Positions 9,905 through 19,736 of a stretch of 64,000 nt of DNA are shown in pieces. Position 1 is the stretch's first letter. Every line of letters starts with the position of its first letter. Below the pieces are notes generated by a model. It saw only the letters and a list, made by a program, of their open reading frames with translations. It was not told the origin of the DNA and made no database searches. This DNA is from a virus. The translations under genes were made by a program, and so were the position numbers. The stretch spans positions 27,688-91,687 of the IMG/VR virus record IMGVR_UViG_3300037780_000016; one strand, written 5' to 3'.

Positions 9905-10846
9905 ATGTCGAAGGAACTCTCCCAACGCGCCGACCTCGCCCTGTCCAACCTGACGGCGGACGGTGGCCTTCTGGATGCGGAACAGAACGACACGTTCATC
10001 CGCAAGCTCATCGACCAGCCGACCCTGCTGAACGCGGTTCGTACGGTTCCGATGAACACCCCGGATGCGAAGATCAACAAGATCGGCTTCGGCTCTCGTA
10101 TCCTGAAAGCGGCTTCGCAGGGCTCGTCTCCGTTCGCGGCTGACGACGGCACCAACGACCGTTATCTGGCCGCTGCTGATCGCAGCAAGCCGACGACCGA
10201 GCAGCTCTCCATGAGCACGCAGGAAGTCATCGCGGAAATTCGTATCCCGTACGAAGTCTTCGAGGACAACATCGAGCGTGACAATCTGGAAGACACCATC
10301 CTCGCGCTCATCGCTGAGCGTGCGGCTCTGGACCTCGAAGAGCTGTTCATCCTCGGTGACACCGCTTCCGGCGACGCCTACCTCGCCCTGCACGACGGTA
10401 TCCTGAAGCGTATCACGACCAACGTCGTTGACGCCGCTTCCGGCACCATCGACGCTCCGAAGTTCAACGCCCTGCGCAAGGCTGTTCCGACCCGCTATCG
10501 CCGGAACATCAACGCGTACCGTTACTTCTCGCACCCGGACATCGAGAGCGATTACCGCCTCGCCGTGTCCCAGCGTGGCACCGACCTCGGTGATGCTGTC
10601 CTGACGGGCAACCAGCCGCTGCCGGTTCTGGGCTCCCGCCTCGAAGGTGTGGCTCTGATGCCGTCTGCGAACCTCGTGTTCACGGACCCGCAGAACCTGA
10701 TCTTCGGCGTTCAGCGCAACGTGCGCATCGAACAGGACCGCGACATCCGTTCGCGTGAGGTCATCATCGTCCTCACCGCTCGCGTGGCGATCCAGATCGA
10801 AGAAGAAGCGGCTTGCTCCAAGCTGATCAATCTGACTTCTGCTTAA
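9905..10846 (+). CDS. Major capsid protein (PBSX XkdG-like, HK97 fold)
   Basis: GGLLDAEQ..FI, EDNIER, LEELFILGD; highly biased codons; synteny. Confidence 0.93.
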   Translation: MSKELSQRADLALSNLTADGGLLDAEQNDTFIRKLIDQPTLLNAVRTVPMNTPDAKINKIGFGSRILKAASQGSSPFAADDGTNDRYLAAADRSKPTTEQLSMSTQEVIAEIRIPYEVFEDNIERDNLEDTILALIAERAALDLEELFILGDTASGDAYLALHDGILKRITTNVVDAASGTIDAPKFNALRKAVPTRYRRNINAYRYFSHPDIESDYRLAVSQRGTDLGDAVLTGNQPLPVLGSRLEGVALMPSANLVFTDPQNLIFGVQRNVRIEQDRDIRSREVIIVLTARVAIQIEEEAACSKLINLTSA

Positions 10847-10861
10847 TCGAACTCCGGTGAT

Positions 10862-10883
10862 GGGGGAGCCTAACGGCTCCTCC
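10862..10883 (+). terminator. Hairpin after the major capsid gene
   Basis: GGGGGAGCC-TAAC-GGCTCCTCC, followed directly by palindrome 10884-10897. Confidence 0.5.
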
Positions 10884-10928
10884 TGAACCCGGGTTCAAAC
10901 TGGGAACTTCGAGAGAAGGATAAGGACC

Positions 10929-11633
10929 ATGAAAAATGTGAAGCTCACCGCTTCTCCGGTGCACAGCGCTGTCAAGCAAGGCACGACTGAGGACGTTCTC
11001 GTCGCTCTCGCTCGTTCCCACGCTCGCGTGCAGGCTGCCGGTGTTGCGGACCTGACCAACAGCTCCGGTGGTTCCGGCACTGCGGTCAACCTCGTCGAAA
11101 CGGCCTTCGCGAACGAAGCCGCTTCTGGCTCCTCTCTGGCTGGTGAAGCTACGGTCGAAGCGGCCAACGCCAAGCTCGCCAACGCTGTTGCCACTCTGGC
11201 TGCCAAGGCGAATGCAGCGGCTGCTGCGATTGGCGTCTCTGCTCTGACCGACAACTCCGGCGGCACGTCTGGTGGCGATACGCTGGCTGCGGTTGATCAG
11301 TCTGTCACGGGTGCCGCTACCGGCGCTCAGGCCACTCAGGCGAACGTCACGCGTCTGGCTGTCAACAACGCCCTCTATGAGGTCGCTGTGAAGGTCAACG
11401 AACTGGCTGTCGCTACCGGTCATGACGTGCTGGTCGTGGACAACTCCGACGGCTACGCTGCCGACGGCACCATCGCTGTCATCGCTACCGATGCTGGCAC
11501 GGTTGCTGACCCGGGCGTGGGCAAGGCTGAGTTCGACGCCGCTCTGGTCATCTGGGCCAACACCATCGACGCCATTGCTGACAAGCTGGCAACCATCGTT
11601 TCTACGTCGGCCCCGCTGGTCGTCGTCGAATAA
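10929..11633 (+). CDS. Ala-rich virion protein with 3 internal repeats (head fibre or decoration candidate)
   Basis: Repeats LTNSSGG, LTDNSGG and VDNSDG, each followed by an A.K.N-like helix; follows the capsid gene. Confidence 0.6.
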   Translation: MKNVKLTASPVHSAVKQGTTEDVLVALARSHARVQAAGVADLTNSSGGSGTAVNLVETAFANEAASGSSLAGEATVEAANAKLANAVATLAAKANAAAAAIGVSALTDNSGGTSGGDTLAAVDQSVTGAATGAQATQANVTRLAVNNALYEVAVKVNELAVATGHDVLVVDNSDGYAADGTIAVIATDAGTVADPGVGKAEFDAALVIWANTIDAIADKLATIVSTSAPLVVVE

Positions 11634-11669
11634 TCAACACTCACATCACAGGCAGTTTAGGAACAACCC

Positions 11670-12098
11670 ATGACTGACAAGCAGCCTCAAGAAACGAAGC
11701 AAGAAGAAGCTCTCTACGCGGTCCTGAACCGTGGTCGCGTTTACAGCTTTCTCGGTGAGCCGCGTATGGACTTCTTCTTCCTTCAGCCGGTGAAAGTCAC
11801 CGACGACACCGCCGACTATCTCGACGAGCACGCCACCGACGTCGTCACTGTCGGCAATGAAGAAGACGGCGTCTCTGAGACCCGGGCCAAGTTCGAGTTC
11901 TTCACGTCCCTCAAGGCCGCGAATGACTTCTGTGCCCAGCGTCTTCGCAAACTGAAACTTCGCCCTGAAGACTTCATGGGCGTTGAGACCGAAGAGAGTG
12001 ATGCTCCGGCGAAGGGTACGGCACGTGCCCGGGCTCGCTCTGATACTGGCAAGACCGCCGCTCGCGCACGTCCTCGCGGTCGCGCACGGGCTCGCTAA
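11670..12098 (+). CDS. Hypothetical protein with (RA)n tail
   Basis: AGGA RBS; tail ARARARS...ARARPRGRARAR. Confidence 0.75.
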   Translation: MTDKQPQETKQEEALYAVLNRGRVYSFLGEPRMDFFFLQPVKVTDDTADYLDEHATDVVTVGNEEDGVSETRAKFEFFTSLKAANDFCAQRLRKLKLRPEDFMGVETEESDAPAKGTARARARSDTGKTAARARPRGRARAR

Positions 12099-12122
12099 TT
12101 CCACCGGATGGTGGTAGGAAGG

Positions 12123-12154
12123 GGCACGGTCCATACCCGGGCCGTGCCTTTTTT
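12123..12154 (+). terminator. Rho-independent terminator
   Basis: GGCACGGTCC / GGGCCGTGCC stem followed by T6. Confidence 0.85.
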
Positions 12155-12165
12155 CTTAGGAGGAC

Positions 12166-12876
12166 GTGATGACTGCTCTGATCAATCTTGACACGGCCAA
12201 GGCTCTCATGCCGATCCGTGCCAACGACAATTCGCAGGACGACCTGCTGAAGTCCCTGATCGAAATCGCGTCCAACCAGTTGGAGCGGTACTGCCGCCGC
12301 TCGTTCGCCTCCCAAGAATACACCGAGCTGTTCCACACGCAGGACACTCGCACGACGCGCTACAACGTCGCTGGAAGCGTTGGCTATCAGGCCGCGACCC
12401 GGGTGGAAGGGCAAGCACGCTCATTCTTCCTGAAGGGCTGGCCGGTTGCCACTTCCCCGGCGATCACGGTCAATTACGACCCCCGCCGAGATTTCAACGC
12501 CCAGACCCTGCTGAACGTGGCGGACAAGGGCTACTACCTCGAAGCTGACGACGGCATCCTGAACCTGTATATCGCGACCGCAAAGGGCGCGGACTTCCTG
12601 AAGGTGGTCTACACGGCGGGCTTTGCCTCTCAGGACGACAGTGGCTTCACGAACCTGAACGACGCAGTGGTCGCCAGCGCTCCGGCTCTGGCTGAAGCCT
12701 GTGCCCGTCAGGTCGCCTTCCTGTACAAGACCCGGGCCATCGAGAATATCGGCACCGGTCAAGATCGCACCTCCAAGGGTGAGGACAATGCCGTCGATCT
12801 GATGGGCACCGATCTCGCCAACGAAGCCGCCGCGATGGTCCGCCATCTGGTTCGGCCCCTGCACGGAAAGGGCTAA
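12166..12876 (+). CDS. Head-tail adaptor
   Basis: DDLLKSLI..AS..LERYCRRSF and VVYTAGF motifs; synteny. Confidence 0.8.
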   Translation: MMTALINLDTAKALMPIRANDNSQDDLLKSLIEIASNQLERYCRRSFASQEYTELFHTQDTRTTRYNVAGSVGYQAATRVEGQARSFFLKGWPVATSPAITVNYDPRRDFNAQTLLNVADKGYYLEADDGILNLYIATAKGADFLKVVYTAGFASQDDSGFTNLNDAVVASAPALAEACARQVAFLYKTRAIENIGTGQDRTSKGEDNAVDLMGTDLANEAAAMVRHLVRPLHGKG

Positions 12877-13583
12877 TGTCGAACCGTCCTGACTATATCA
12901 AGGTCCGGGCATTCGGACGCGACTTCGAGGATATCTTCTCCGCAATGGCCTATTGGGTCACGTGGATGTTCGGATACCAGAAGCGCTACATGAAGGAGTA
13001 TGAGCGCGGGGCCAAAAAGGCGATGAACACCGTCTACAAGGAGATGCGCAACCTGCACAGCTCCAAGTGGAACGGCCAGACCGTCAACCCGACCGACCGC
13101 CTTCAGAAACGTTCCGGCAAGGGCCTGAAGTCTATCGGCGACAGCCGGTATTTCGCGTACACCTCTGGCAAGGGCGCGACAGGGCGGAACTACGGCCAGA
13201 ACCAATTCACCGAGTTTGGCATGTCCACGGGGACCATGAGCATCCACGAGACTGGCGGAGTGATCACCCCCCGCCGGTCGAAGTATTTGACGGTGCCCCT
13301 CCCCGCCGCCCTGAACCGGGACGGCACCCCGAAGAAAAAGTCCGCCCGCAAGTGGAAGAATACGTTCGTGATCAAGTCCAAGAAGGGCAACCTGATCATC
13401 ATGCAAAACCGGGGACGCGGTAAGAAGCCGGTCCCGCTGTACGTCCTGAAGCCGTCGGTCCGCATTCGTCCCCGTCTGGGTATGAACAACGCGTGGGACC
13501 GGCATGTTGGCCTGTTCCTCTCCAAGTGGGGAAAGAAGGTCGCCGACACTATTGAGAGAGGCCCGTCGGGTTCCTCCGCGTGA
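12876..13583 (+). CDS. Neck / tail-completion protein (basic)
   Basis: RSGKGLKSI, IHETGG, PSVRIRPR; synteny. Confidence 0.7.
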   Translation: MSNRPDYIKVRAFGRDFEDIFSAMAYWVTWMFGYQKRYMKEYERGAKKAMNTVYKEMRNLHSSKWNGQTVNPTDRLQKRSGKGLKSIGDSRYFAYTSGKGATGRNYGQNQFTEFGMSTGTMSIHETGGVITPRRSKYLTVPLPAALNRDGTPKKKSARKWKNTFVIKSKKGNLIIMQNRGRGKKPVPLYVLKPSVRIRPRLGMNNAWDRHVGLFLSKWGKKVADTIERGPSGSSA

Positions 13584-13601
13584 ACCCGGGTGCAATAAGC
13601 C

Positions 13602-14066
13602 ATGCCGATCCAAGATGAGACAGTACGCCAAGCCATCGTTCAGAACCTGATCGACCGCTTCGAGGCGTATCAGGTGGACAGTACGACGTACTGGAACCAC
13701 GTCACCAACGACGATATCGAAGATCACGCCCTCTCGCAGCGGGATACCCGTGCGGTGGCGATCATCGACGTGGGCGAGCAGAAGGACTTGGAAGTCCAGC
13801 ACTATCGCTCGAACCTCCGGGTGGACATCGAGTTCGAAGCCCGGGCGTACACGGGTGAACCCATCCGTGAACAGTGCCGCGATATCCTCAAACACGTCCA
13901 GTTCCTGATTGCTCAGGACGTGTATTGCGGTGGAAACAGTTTGAATGTTATAGAGGTCGGGAACGAGTTTGACGTGGAGACGTCGGACGACGTGATTATT
14001 CGTGGCATCGTGCAGTACGTAGTCACCTATCGCCATCAAGTTTCCGATCCCACTCGGATCAACTAA
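13602..14066 (+). CDS. Tail terminator-like protein
   Basis: Size and position directly before the tail tube gene. Confidence 0.65.
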   Translation: MPIQDETVRQAIVQNLIDRFEAYQVDSTTYWNHVTNDDIEDHALSQRDTRAVAIIDVGEQKDLEVQHYRSNLRVDIEFEARAYTGEPIREQCRDILKHVQFLIAQDVYCGGNSLNVIEVGNEFDVETSDDVIIRGIVQYVVTYRHQVSDPTRIN

Positions 14067-14082
14067 GTAGGAGACCGCCAAA

Positions 14083-15300
14083 ATGAGCCTCATGACCTCG
14101 AAGGCCGTTCTGCTCGCCAAGCACGAAGTGACCCCCGGCACGGCGGTCGCTCTGGATGCCGCCGCAGACGCCGCCCTTGTGGGAGAACCGGAATACTCCG
14201 TGGACCCGCAAGTTCTGGAACGCAACTTTTCCCGGGACACCTTCTCCCCGCTGGAACACAAGATGGGTCGCATCCTCGGTTCCATGTCTTTCCAGCATGA
14301 AATCCGGGGCAACTCGCCGATGCTTCGCCGCCTGCTCGCGGCCTGTGGCATGGTCGAGACGACCCTGACCGGCAACGACATGGTTCGTGCCGTCAACCCG
14401 GGTCCGGACAACGTCAACTCTATCACGTGGGCGAAAGGTGGCACCGCCGCCGTTTCCAGCCCGGTCCTGTACACTCTGACGGTGACTGACACTGACGAGC
14501 TGACGATCACGAACAACAACCCGACCGAAGATGATCTGTCCACACCGCAGGTCACCGGTTCCATCGTGTCTGGTACGACCGCTGTCGCCCTCGGCGGCTC
14601 CGGCGCTACCCTGACCCCGACCGGCACCTTCAACACCGGGGACAGCTTCACCGTTCTGGTGGTCCCGGCTAACACGAAGGGCTTCGCTCCGACGTCTGTT
14701 CTGGCCAACATGAAGACCATGACCATGGCTCTGAACCGTGATGGCCTGAAGTTCGGTCTGGTCAACGCTCAGGGCACCGTGTCGATCACGGGTGAGGCCG
14801 GTGGTTACGCCATCGCCAACTTCACCTTCACTGGTCAGCACCAGACGGTCGTCGATCAGGCGTTCCCGAATGCGACCTATGAGCAGGGCCTCCCGCCGTG
14901 CGTCGAGCAGTCGCTCCTGACGTGGGGTTCCAGCACCAGCCTGATCGCGGCTGGCTTCGAACTGGACCTCGCCAACTCCATCGCACCGCGCCCGGACGTC
15001 AACTCCGCTCAGGGCTACAACGGTGTTCGCATCAACGGTCGCACGCCGACCGGCTCCTTCTCTCCGGAAGCGACGCTGGAAGGCACCAACCCGTTCTGGG
15101 GTGACTTCGAGGCTGCCAAGTCTCGCAGCTTCTTCAGTCGTGTCGGTACGTCGGCGGGCAACATGGTGGCGTTCTACGCTCCCAAGGCCCAGTCCTCCGG
15201 CCTCACTCCGGGTGACCGCGACAACATCATGACCTACGACGTGGCGTTCGGCCTGAAGGGCTTCAACGGTGACGACGAGGTCGAAATCCTCTTCATGTAA
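14083..15300 (+). CDS. Major tail (tube) protein with inserted beta-rich domain
   Basis: Synteny; LLAKHE.TPG start; T/S/G-rich central insert; GDRDNI near the end. Confidence 0.8.
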   Translation: MSLMTSKAVLLAKHEVTPGTAVALDAAADAALVGEPEYSVDPQVLERNFSRDTFSPLEHKMGRILGSMSFQHEIRGNSPMLRRLLAACGMVETTLTGNDMVRAVNPGPDNVNSITWAKGGTAAVSSPVLYTLTVTDTDELTITNNNPTEDDLSTPQVTGSIVSGTTAVALGGSGATLTPTGTFNTGDSFTVLVVPANTKGFAPTSVLANMKTMTMALNRDGLKFGLVNAQGTVSITGEAGGYAIANFTFTGQHQTVVDQAFPNATYEQGLPPCVEQSLLTWGSSTSLIAAGFELDLANSIAPRPDVNSAQGYNGVRINGRTPTGSFSPEATLEGTNPFWGDFEAAKSRSFFSRVGTSAGNMVAFYAPKAQSSGLTPGDRDNIMTYDVAFGLKGFNGDDEVEILFM

Positions 15301-15310
15301 GGAACTCAAC

Positions 15311-15493
15311 ATGTCGAGCAGTAAGAAGAGCATGACCGTGAAGACATATGTGGTCTTGCAGCGCGACAACATTCGGGGCACTGAGAGCGTCATCGCGGTC
15401 AAACTGACCGCAGACGCCGCCCAGAAGATTGTTGACAAGACCCCGGGAACGCGTGTGCAGAAGTTTATCGCCGATAAGCTCCCCCACGCGTGA
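15311..15493 (+). CDS. Small hypothetical protein (60 aa)
   Basis: AAGGA RBS; its stop is the TGA of palindrome 15491-15504. Confidence 0.6.
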   Translation: MSSSKKSMTVKTYVVLQRDNIRGTESVIAVKLTADAAQKIVDKTPGTRVQKFIADKLPHA

Positions 15494-15536
15494 ACCCGGG
15501 TTCACCCTTAGAGCCAGCAGCAGGAGAAAAGCAGTT

Positions 15537-15983
15537 ATGGCCATTCGTACCCTCAGCCTCAAAGCTATCGAGAAGTTCACCCCGTCGAGCGACCCGGACA
15601 AGGGCAAGCCCGGCGCTACGGTGTTTCACCTTCGCACCCTCCCGAGCCGTGTCTTCGGCGCTATTGTGGACGGCTCCATGACGTTCACCGTGGACACCTC
15701 CGGACAGGCGGATGAGAACGCTGAAGCGTCCTCCCAGATGAACATGAAGCAGGCCAACTACGAGCTGGCCGCGTTCGCCATGGTCGGCTTCGACAACCTC
15801 CCGGACCCGGAAGCGGACGAGGGTTCTCTGACCTTCAAGGACATCGGTTCCAACGTCGGCGGCAAGTCGTATCGCCGTTGCCGTTCGGAAATCATGGACG
15901 TGATCCCGGCTGACGTGATCGACGAGATCGCCGCGAAAGTCCGTGAGATGAATGGGGTCAGCGAGGAAGAAGAAAAAAACTAA
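15537..15983 (+). CDS. Tail assembly chaperone (gpG-like)
   Basis: GGAG RBS; ends EEEEKN at a slippery site; lies before the tape measure gene. Confidence 0.85.
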   Translation: MAIRTLSLKAIEKFTPSSDPDKGKPGATVFHLRTLPSRVFGAIVDGSMTFTVDTSGQADENAEASSQMNMKQANYELAAFAMVGFDNLPDPEADEGSLTFKDIGSNVGGKSYRRCRSEIMDVIPADVIDEIAAKVREMNGVSEEEEKN

Positions 15984-16348
15984 TCCTCTGGGTTCTCGGT
16001 CTCGAACTCCTCCCGGATAGAGACTGCGCTACGTGCACCTCCGCTAAGCAGAAAAAGTGGGGGTGCCACGAGCCCATCGAGAACCCAACGGATGGCTTCA
16101 CAATTCCGGGCGGAAAGCGTATACCGGTATCGCGGTGCCCGCTCCGTCCGAATTATGAAGACCCGGAGAAGGCCGAGGAGCTATTCTGGCTCTACGCGCA
16201 GTTCGAGAAAGGCAACCTACCTGAAGACGGTGGACTTTCCGAGCAGCCTGCAAAGCTCATGAAGGTGTTTCGCGTGATCGCACGAGCGAGATCGTGGGCA
16301 GCGGAAGAGAAGAAAAAGCGGGAAGATCGGAAACGGAAGCGACAGTAG
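15974..16348 (+). CDS. -1 frameshift extension of the chaperone (gpGT-like)
   Basis: A AAA AAC at 15974-15980; the -1 frame (LILWVLG...LPEDGGLSEQP...) is open to TAG 16346-16348. Missing from the ORF track. Confidence 0.85.
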   Translation, partial: KKLILWVLGLELLPDRDCATCTSAKQKKWGCHEPIENPTDGFTIPGGKRIPVSRCPLRPNYEDPEKAEELFWLYAQFEKGNLPEDGGLSEQPAKLMKVFRVIARARSWAAEEKKKREDRKRKRQ

Positions 16349-16352
16349 GGCC

Positions 16353-19300
16353 ATGAAGAACCGCGAAATCACCTTCATCGTCAAGATGCGCAACGAAGCC
16401 TCCAAGGCTTTGAAGCAGATGCGCGAAGAGGCCAAGTCGGGTGCCCGGGCTGCCAAAGAGCAGGCTCGGGCTCTTCGCGAGAGCGGTGTATCTCAGGACA
16501 AACTGAAGAACGACACCAAGGCCGCGACTGCTGCGACCCGGGAAAACAAGAACGCTCTCAATCAGCAGAAGCGGGCCGCGAAGGAAAACACCGACGCGAT
16601 CAACCGCAACAGCAATTCCAAGCGCCGGGGGGTTCGGGACACCCGTATCTTCAAGGGCGCTTCGGATCAGCTCGCCAGTTCCATGCGCCGGACGGCCACG
16701 ACCATCGCGATCCTTGACGGTCCGCTGGGTGGTATCGCGTCCCGCTTCTCGGCACTGGGCACCCTCCTGTCGAATACCGGCATCCTGTTCGGTGCTCTGG
16801 CTCTGGCGGTCTCAGGTGCCATTGCGACGTTCGGGCAGTTCGCGCGTACAGGTGCCAATTTCGAACGACAGATGCTCCGCATGCAGTCCCTGCTCCGGGC
16901 GACCGGCAATGTCACGAATACGTCCGTGGCGGAGCTTGAGGAGTTGGCGGTTAGTGTGGGGCGTTCCACGCTGGCTTCCACTCAGGAGGTCCGTGACGCC
17001 ATCGGCATCATGCTGACCTTCCGGGGTGTGGGCCGCGACGCCTTCGAGCCGTCGATCCGTCTGGCCCAAGACCTTGCCGAAGTGATGGGCACGGACATCC
17101 GTTCTGCCGCTCAGCAGCTTGGCCGTGCGCTGGAAGACCCGGTGCGTGGTATGACCGCCCTCCGTCGCTCTGGTGTGTCCTTCACGGATAGCCAGAAAGA
17201 AATGGTCGAGGCGATGGTCCGGGCCGGTGATACCGCCGGGGCTCAGCAGTACATCCTCGAACGCCTCGAACAACAGTTTGGTGGTGCCGGTGAGGCTGCC
17301 GCTCAGGGTCTGGCCGGTGGACTGGACACTTTCCGAGAGAACTTCGTCAATTTCTTCGAGCTGTTCTCCGTCATGTCCGGGTCTGTGTATAGTTTGGCTC
17401 AACTCTTCCACACCAATCTGAACGTGGCTCTTGAGTTTCTGATCAACAACATGGAACAGGTGGTCGCTGGCTTCCACCGCTTCATGGACGTGCTTCGTGG
17501 TGTGGTCGCGGCCATGATCACCTATCGCGTGACGATCCTCGCTGCCCGCACCGCGACGATGCTCTGGACCCGTACGACCCAGATCGCGGCGATCACATCT
17601 GCGGCGTTCGGTACGGCTATGGGCACGACCACGACCCGGGTCAACGCATTCACCCGCATGCTGGTGGTGGCACGTCGTGGCGTCCGCCTGTTCACGGCGG
17701 CTCTGGCTGCCAACCCGCTCGGTGCGGTCGCAGTGGCAATCTCGCTTCTGGTCGGCTGGCTGGTGACCCTGCGCAACGAAACGTTCCAGCTCAATGGAGA
17801 GATGGTCTCCCTGAACGGCATCGTGCAGGAAGCATGGTCTCGCATCTGGGATTACATCACTCGGGCGGTCGGCGCGATCCGTGACGCACTGCAAGGTCTC
17901 TGGCAGGGCATCCAAGACGTCGCTACCCAGTTCGGCATCTCCGGCGACAACATGATCCAGACGGTGCTCGCCTTCGTAAACGTGACGGCTGGACTGATGG
18001 TCAATCTGCCTCAGCTCTGGACTGGTGCTTTCCGGCTGATCACCGAGACCGTCGTGGATGCACTGACGGCTATGGTGACCAAGGTCCGTCAGTTCGGTGA
18101 CGTGTTCTCCAATCTCCTGTCTGGTGACTTCGGTGCCGCTCGTGAGGCTGCCGAGAGCTTCCTGTCTGCTGACGGACTGGACTTCTCTGACACGTCCGAG
18201 GCGGCTGCGGCTCTGGCGTCAACCTTCGACGACGCTTTGTCCACGGAGCTGGTCGCTTATTCCCGCGAGAACGGCCTTACTGTGGCTGGTGAGTGGGCTG
18301 ACGGCTTCAGAGACGGCGCTGCTGCCCGCACGTCGGCTATCCAAGCAGCAGCACGTCAACAACGTGCGGCTATCGACGCTATGCTCAACCCGGAAGCGCC
18401 CTTCAGCGTGACCGGTGGTGCTGGCGACACGGAAGGCCCGGACTTCGATCACTACCGCTCTCTGATCCAAGGCATCGCCGGGGAATACGACCCCCTGCTT
18501 GTTCGCCAGATGACCCTGAACCAGCAGATGGATGAATTCGGTGAACTCCTCGCGGCTGTTCAAGGCGAACGCGGCACTGCAATCATGGAAGAGCTGGGCC
18601 TCACCATGGAACAGGTGCTCACGATCCAGCAGGAGATGATCGAAGCACAGGAGCGATTGAACCTTGAGTTGGGCGTCCGGAACAACGACGTCATGGCCGG
18701 TCTGCGTCTGGGCATCGTCAACTTCATGGAAGACGCCAAGAACATGGCGGAGATCGTGCAGGAGAGCGTGGGCGGCGTCCTGAACAAGATGAGCGATGCT
18801 TTCGCCGAGTTCGTGACCACGGGTAAGCTGAATTTCAAAGAGCTGGCCCGGTCCATCATCGCAGACCTCGCACGTATTGCTGCACAGCAGGCGTTCTTCG
18901 CAGTCCTGAACATGGTCCTGCCGGGTTCGGGTTCCTTCCTGAATATGGCGTCTCAGGGTGGCAAGGTTTTCCACACTGGTGGTCTCGTCGGTGCGGGTGG
19001 TGCTGGTCAGCGCCAGCTCTCCCAAGGCGCTCAGATGGCCTTCTCCATGGCACCCCGGTTCCACTCCGGCGGCGGCTTCTTCAAGCCGGGTGAAGTCCCG
19101 GCGATCCTTCAGACTGGCGAGCGTGTCCTGAACCGTCGGGAGACGGCACGCTACCACTCGACCATGGCCCGTGGCGCGATGACCATGGCACCGAACGTCT
19201 CGGTATCCGTAAACGGCAACTTCGGAGGAGGTGGCGGTCTGGGCGGCGGCGATGACGGTCAAGACGAGATGATGTCCAAGATCGGTGACCTGCTCGGAGA

Positions 19301-19385
19301 GGAAGTCCAGAAGACCGTGCACCAAGTCCTGCAAGACGAGGCTCGCCCGGGTGGCATGCTCGACGTCTCTCAGATGAGGAACTAA
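16353..19385 (+). CDS. Tape measure protein
   Basis: 1010 aa, Ala-rich and helical; AQQLGRALEDPVRGMTALRRSGVSFT; GKLNFKELARSII. Confidence 0.95.
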   Translation: MKNREITFIVKMRNEASKALKQMREEAKSGARAAKEQARALRESGVSQDKLKNDTKAATAATRENKNALNQQKRAAKENTDAINRNSNSKRRGVRDTRIFKGASDQLASSMRRTATTIAILDGPLGGIASRFSALGTLLSNTGILFGALALAVSGAIATFGQFARTGANFERQMLRMQSLLRATGNVTNTSVAELEELAVSVGRSTLASTQEVRDAIGIMLTFRGVGRDAFEPSIRLAQDLAEVMGTDIRSAAQQLGRALEDPVRGMTALRRSGVSFTDSQKEMVEAMVRAGDTAGAQQYILERLEQQFGGAGEAAAQGLAGGLDTFRENFVNFFELFSVMSGSVYSLAQLFHTNLNVALEFLINNMEQVVAGFHRFMDVLRGVVAAMITYRVTILAARTATMLWTRTTQIAAITSAAFGTAMGTTTTRVNAFTRMLVVARRGVRLFTAALAANPLGAVAVAISLLVGWLVTLRNETFQLNGEMVSLNGIVQEAWSRIWDYITRAVGAIRDALQGLWQGIQDVATQFGISGDNMIQTVLAFVNVTAGLMVNLPQLWTGAFRLITETVVDALTAMVTKVRQFGDVFSNLLSGDFGAAREAAESFLSADGLDFSDTSEAAAALASTFDDALSTELVAYSRENGLTVAGEWADGFRDGAAARTSAIQAAARQQRAAIDAMLNPEAPFSVTGGAGDTEGPDFDHYRSLIQGIAGEYDPLLVRQMTLNQQMDEFGELLAAVQGERGTAIMEELGLTMEQVLTIQQEMIEAQERLNLELGVRNNDVMAGLRLGIVNFMEDAKNMAEIVQESVGGVLNKMSDAFAEFVTTGKLNFKELARSIIADLARIAAQQAFFAVLNMVLPGSGSFLNMASQGGKVFHTGGLVGAGGAGQRQLSQGAQMAFSMAPRFHSGGGFFKPGEVPAILQTGERVLNRRETARYHSTMARGAMTMAPNVSVSVNGNFGGGGGLGGGDDGQDEMMSKIGDLLGEEVQKTVHQVLQDEARPGGMLDVSQMRN

Positions 19386-19388
19386 CCC

Positions 19389-19736
19389 ATGCCGACTTTC
19401 TCCCCTCCCCGGAACCCGACGTACGGGTACAACCGTAAACGGAAGCCCAAGATGCTCATGGCCGAGTTCGGCGATGGGTACGCTCAGCGTGCAGGCGACG
19501 GCATCAACAACAACCCCCGCACTCTGAGCCTGAATTGGGGCATGCTCTCCAAGACGGAGATGGAAGCGATCATCGCGTTCTTCGACACCCGGTCGGAGGA
19601 TGCGAGTTCGTTTGACTACACCCTGCCGGATGAGGCATCTTCGAAGAAGTACATCGTCACGGAATACGAAGACGTCCATGACGAGTTCGACAATTACGAA
19701 GTCAAGGCCAAGTTCCAAGAGGTGTTCGAGCCGTGA
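19389..19736 (+). CDS. Minor tail protein (lambda gpM-like)
   Basis: EFGDGYAQRAGDGINN...FQEVFEP. Confidence 0.9.
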   Translation: MPTFSPPRNPTYGYNRKRKPKMLMAEFGDGYAQRAGDGINNNPRTLSLNWGMLSKTEMEAIIAFFDTRSEDASSFDYTLPDEASSKKYIVTEYEDVHDEFDNYEVKAKFQEVFEP

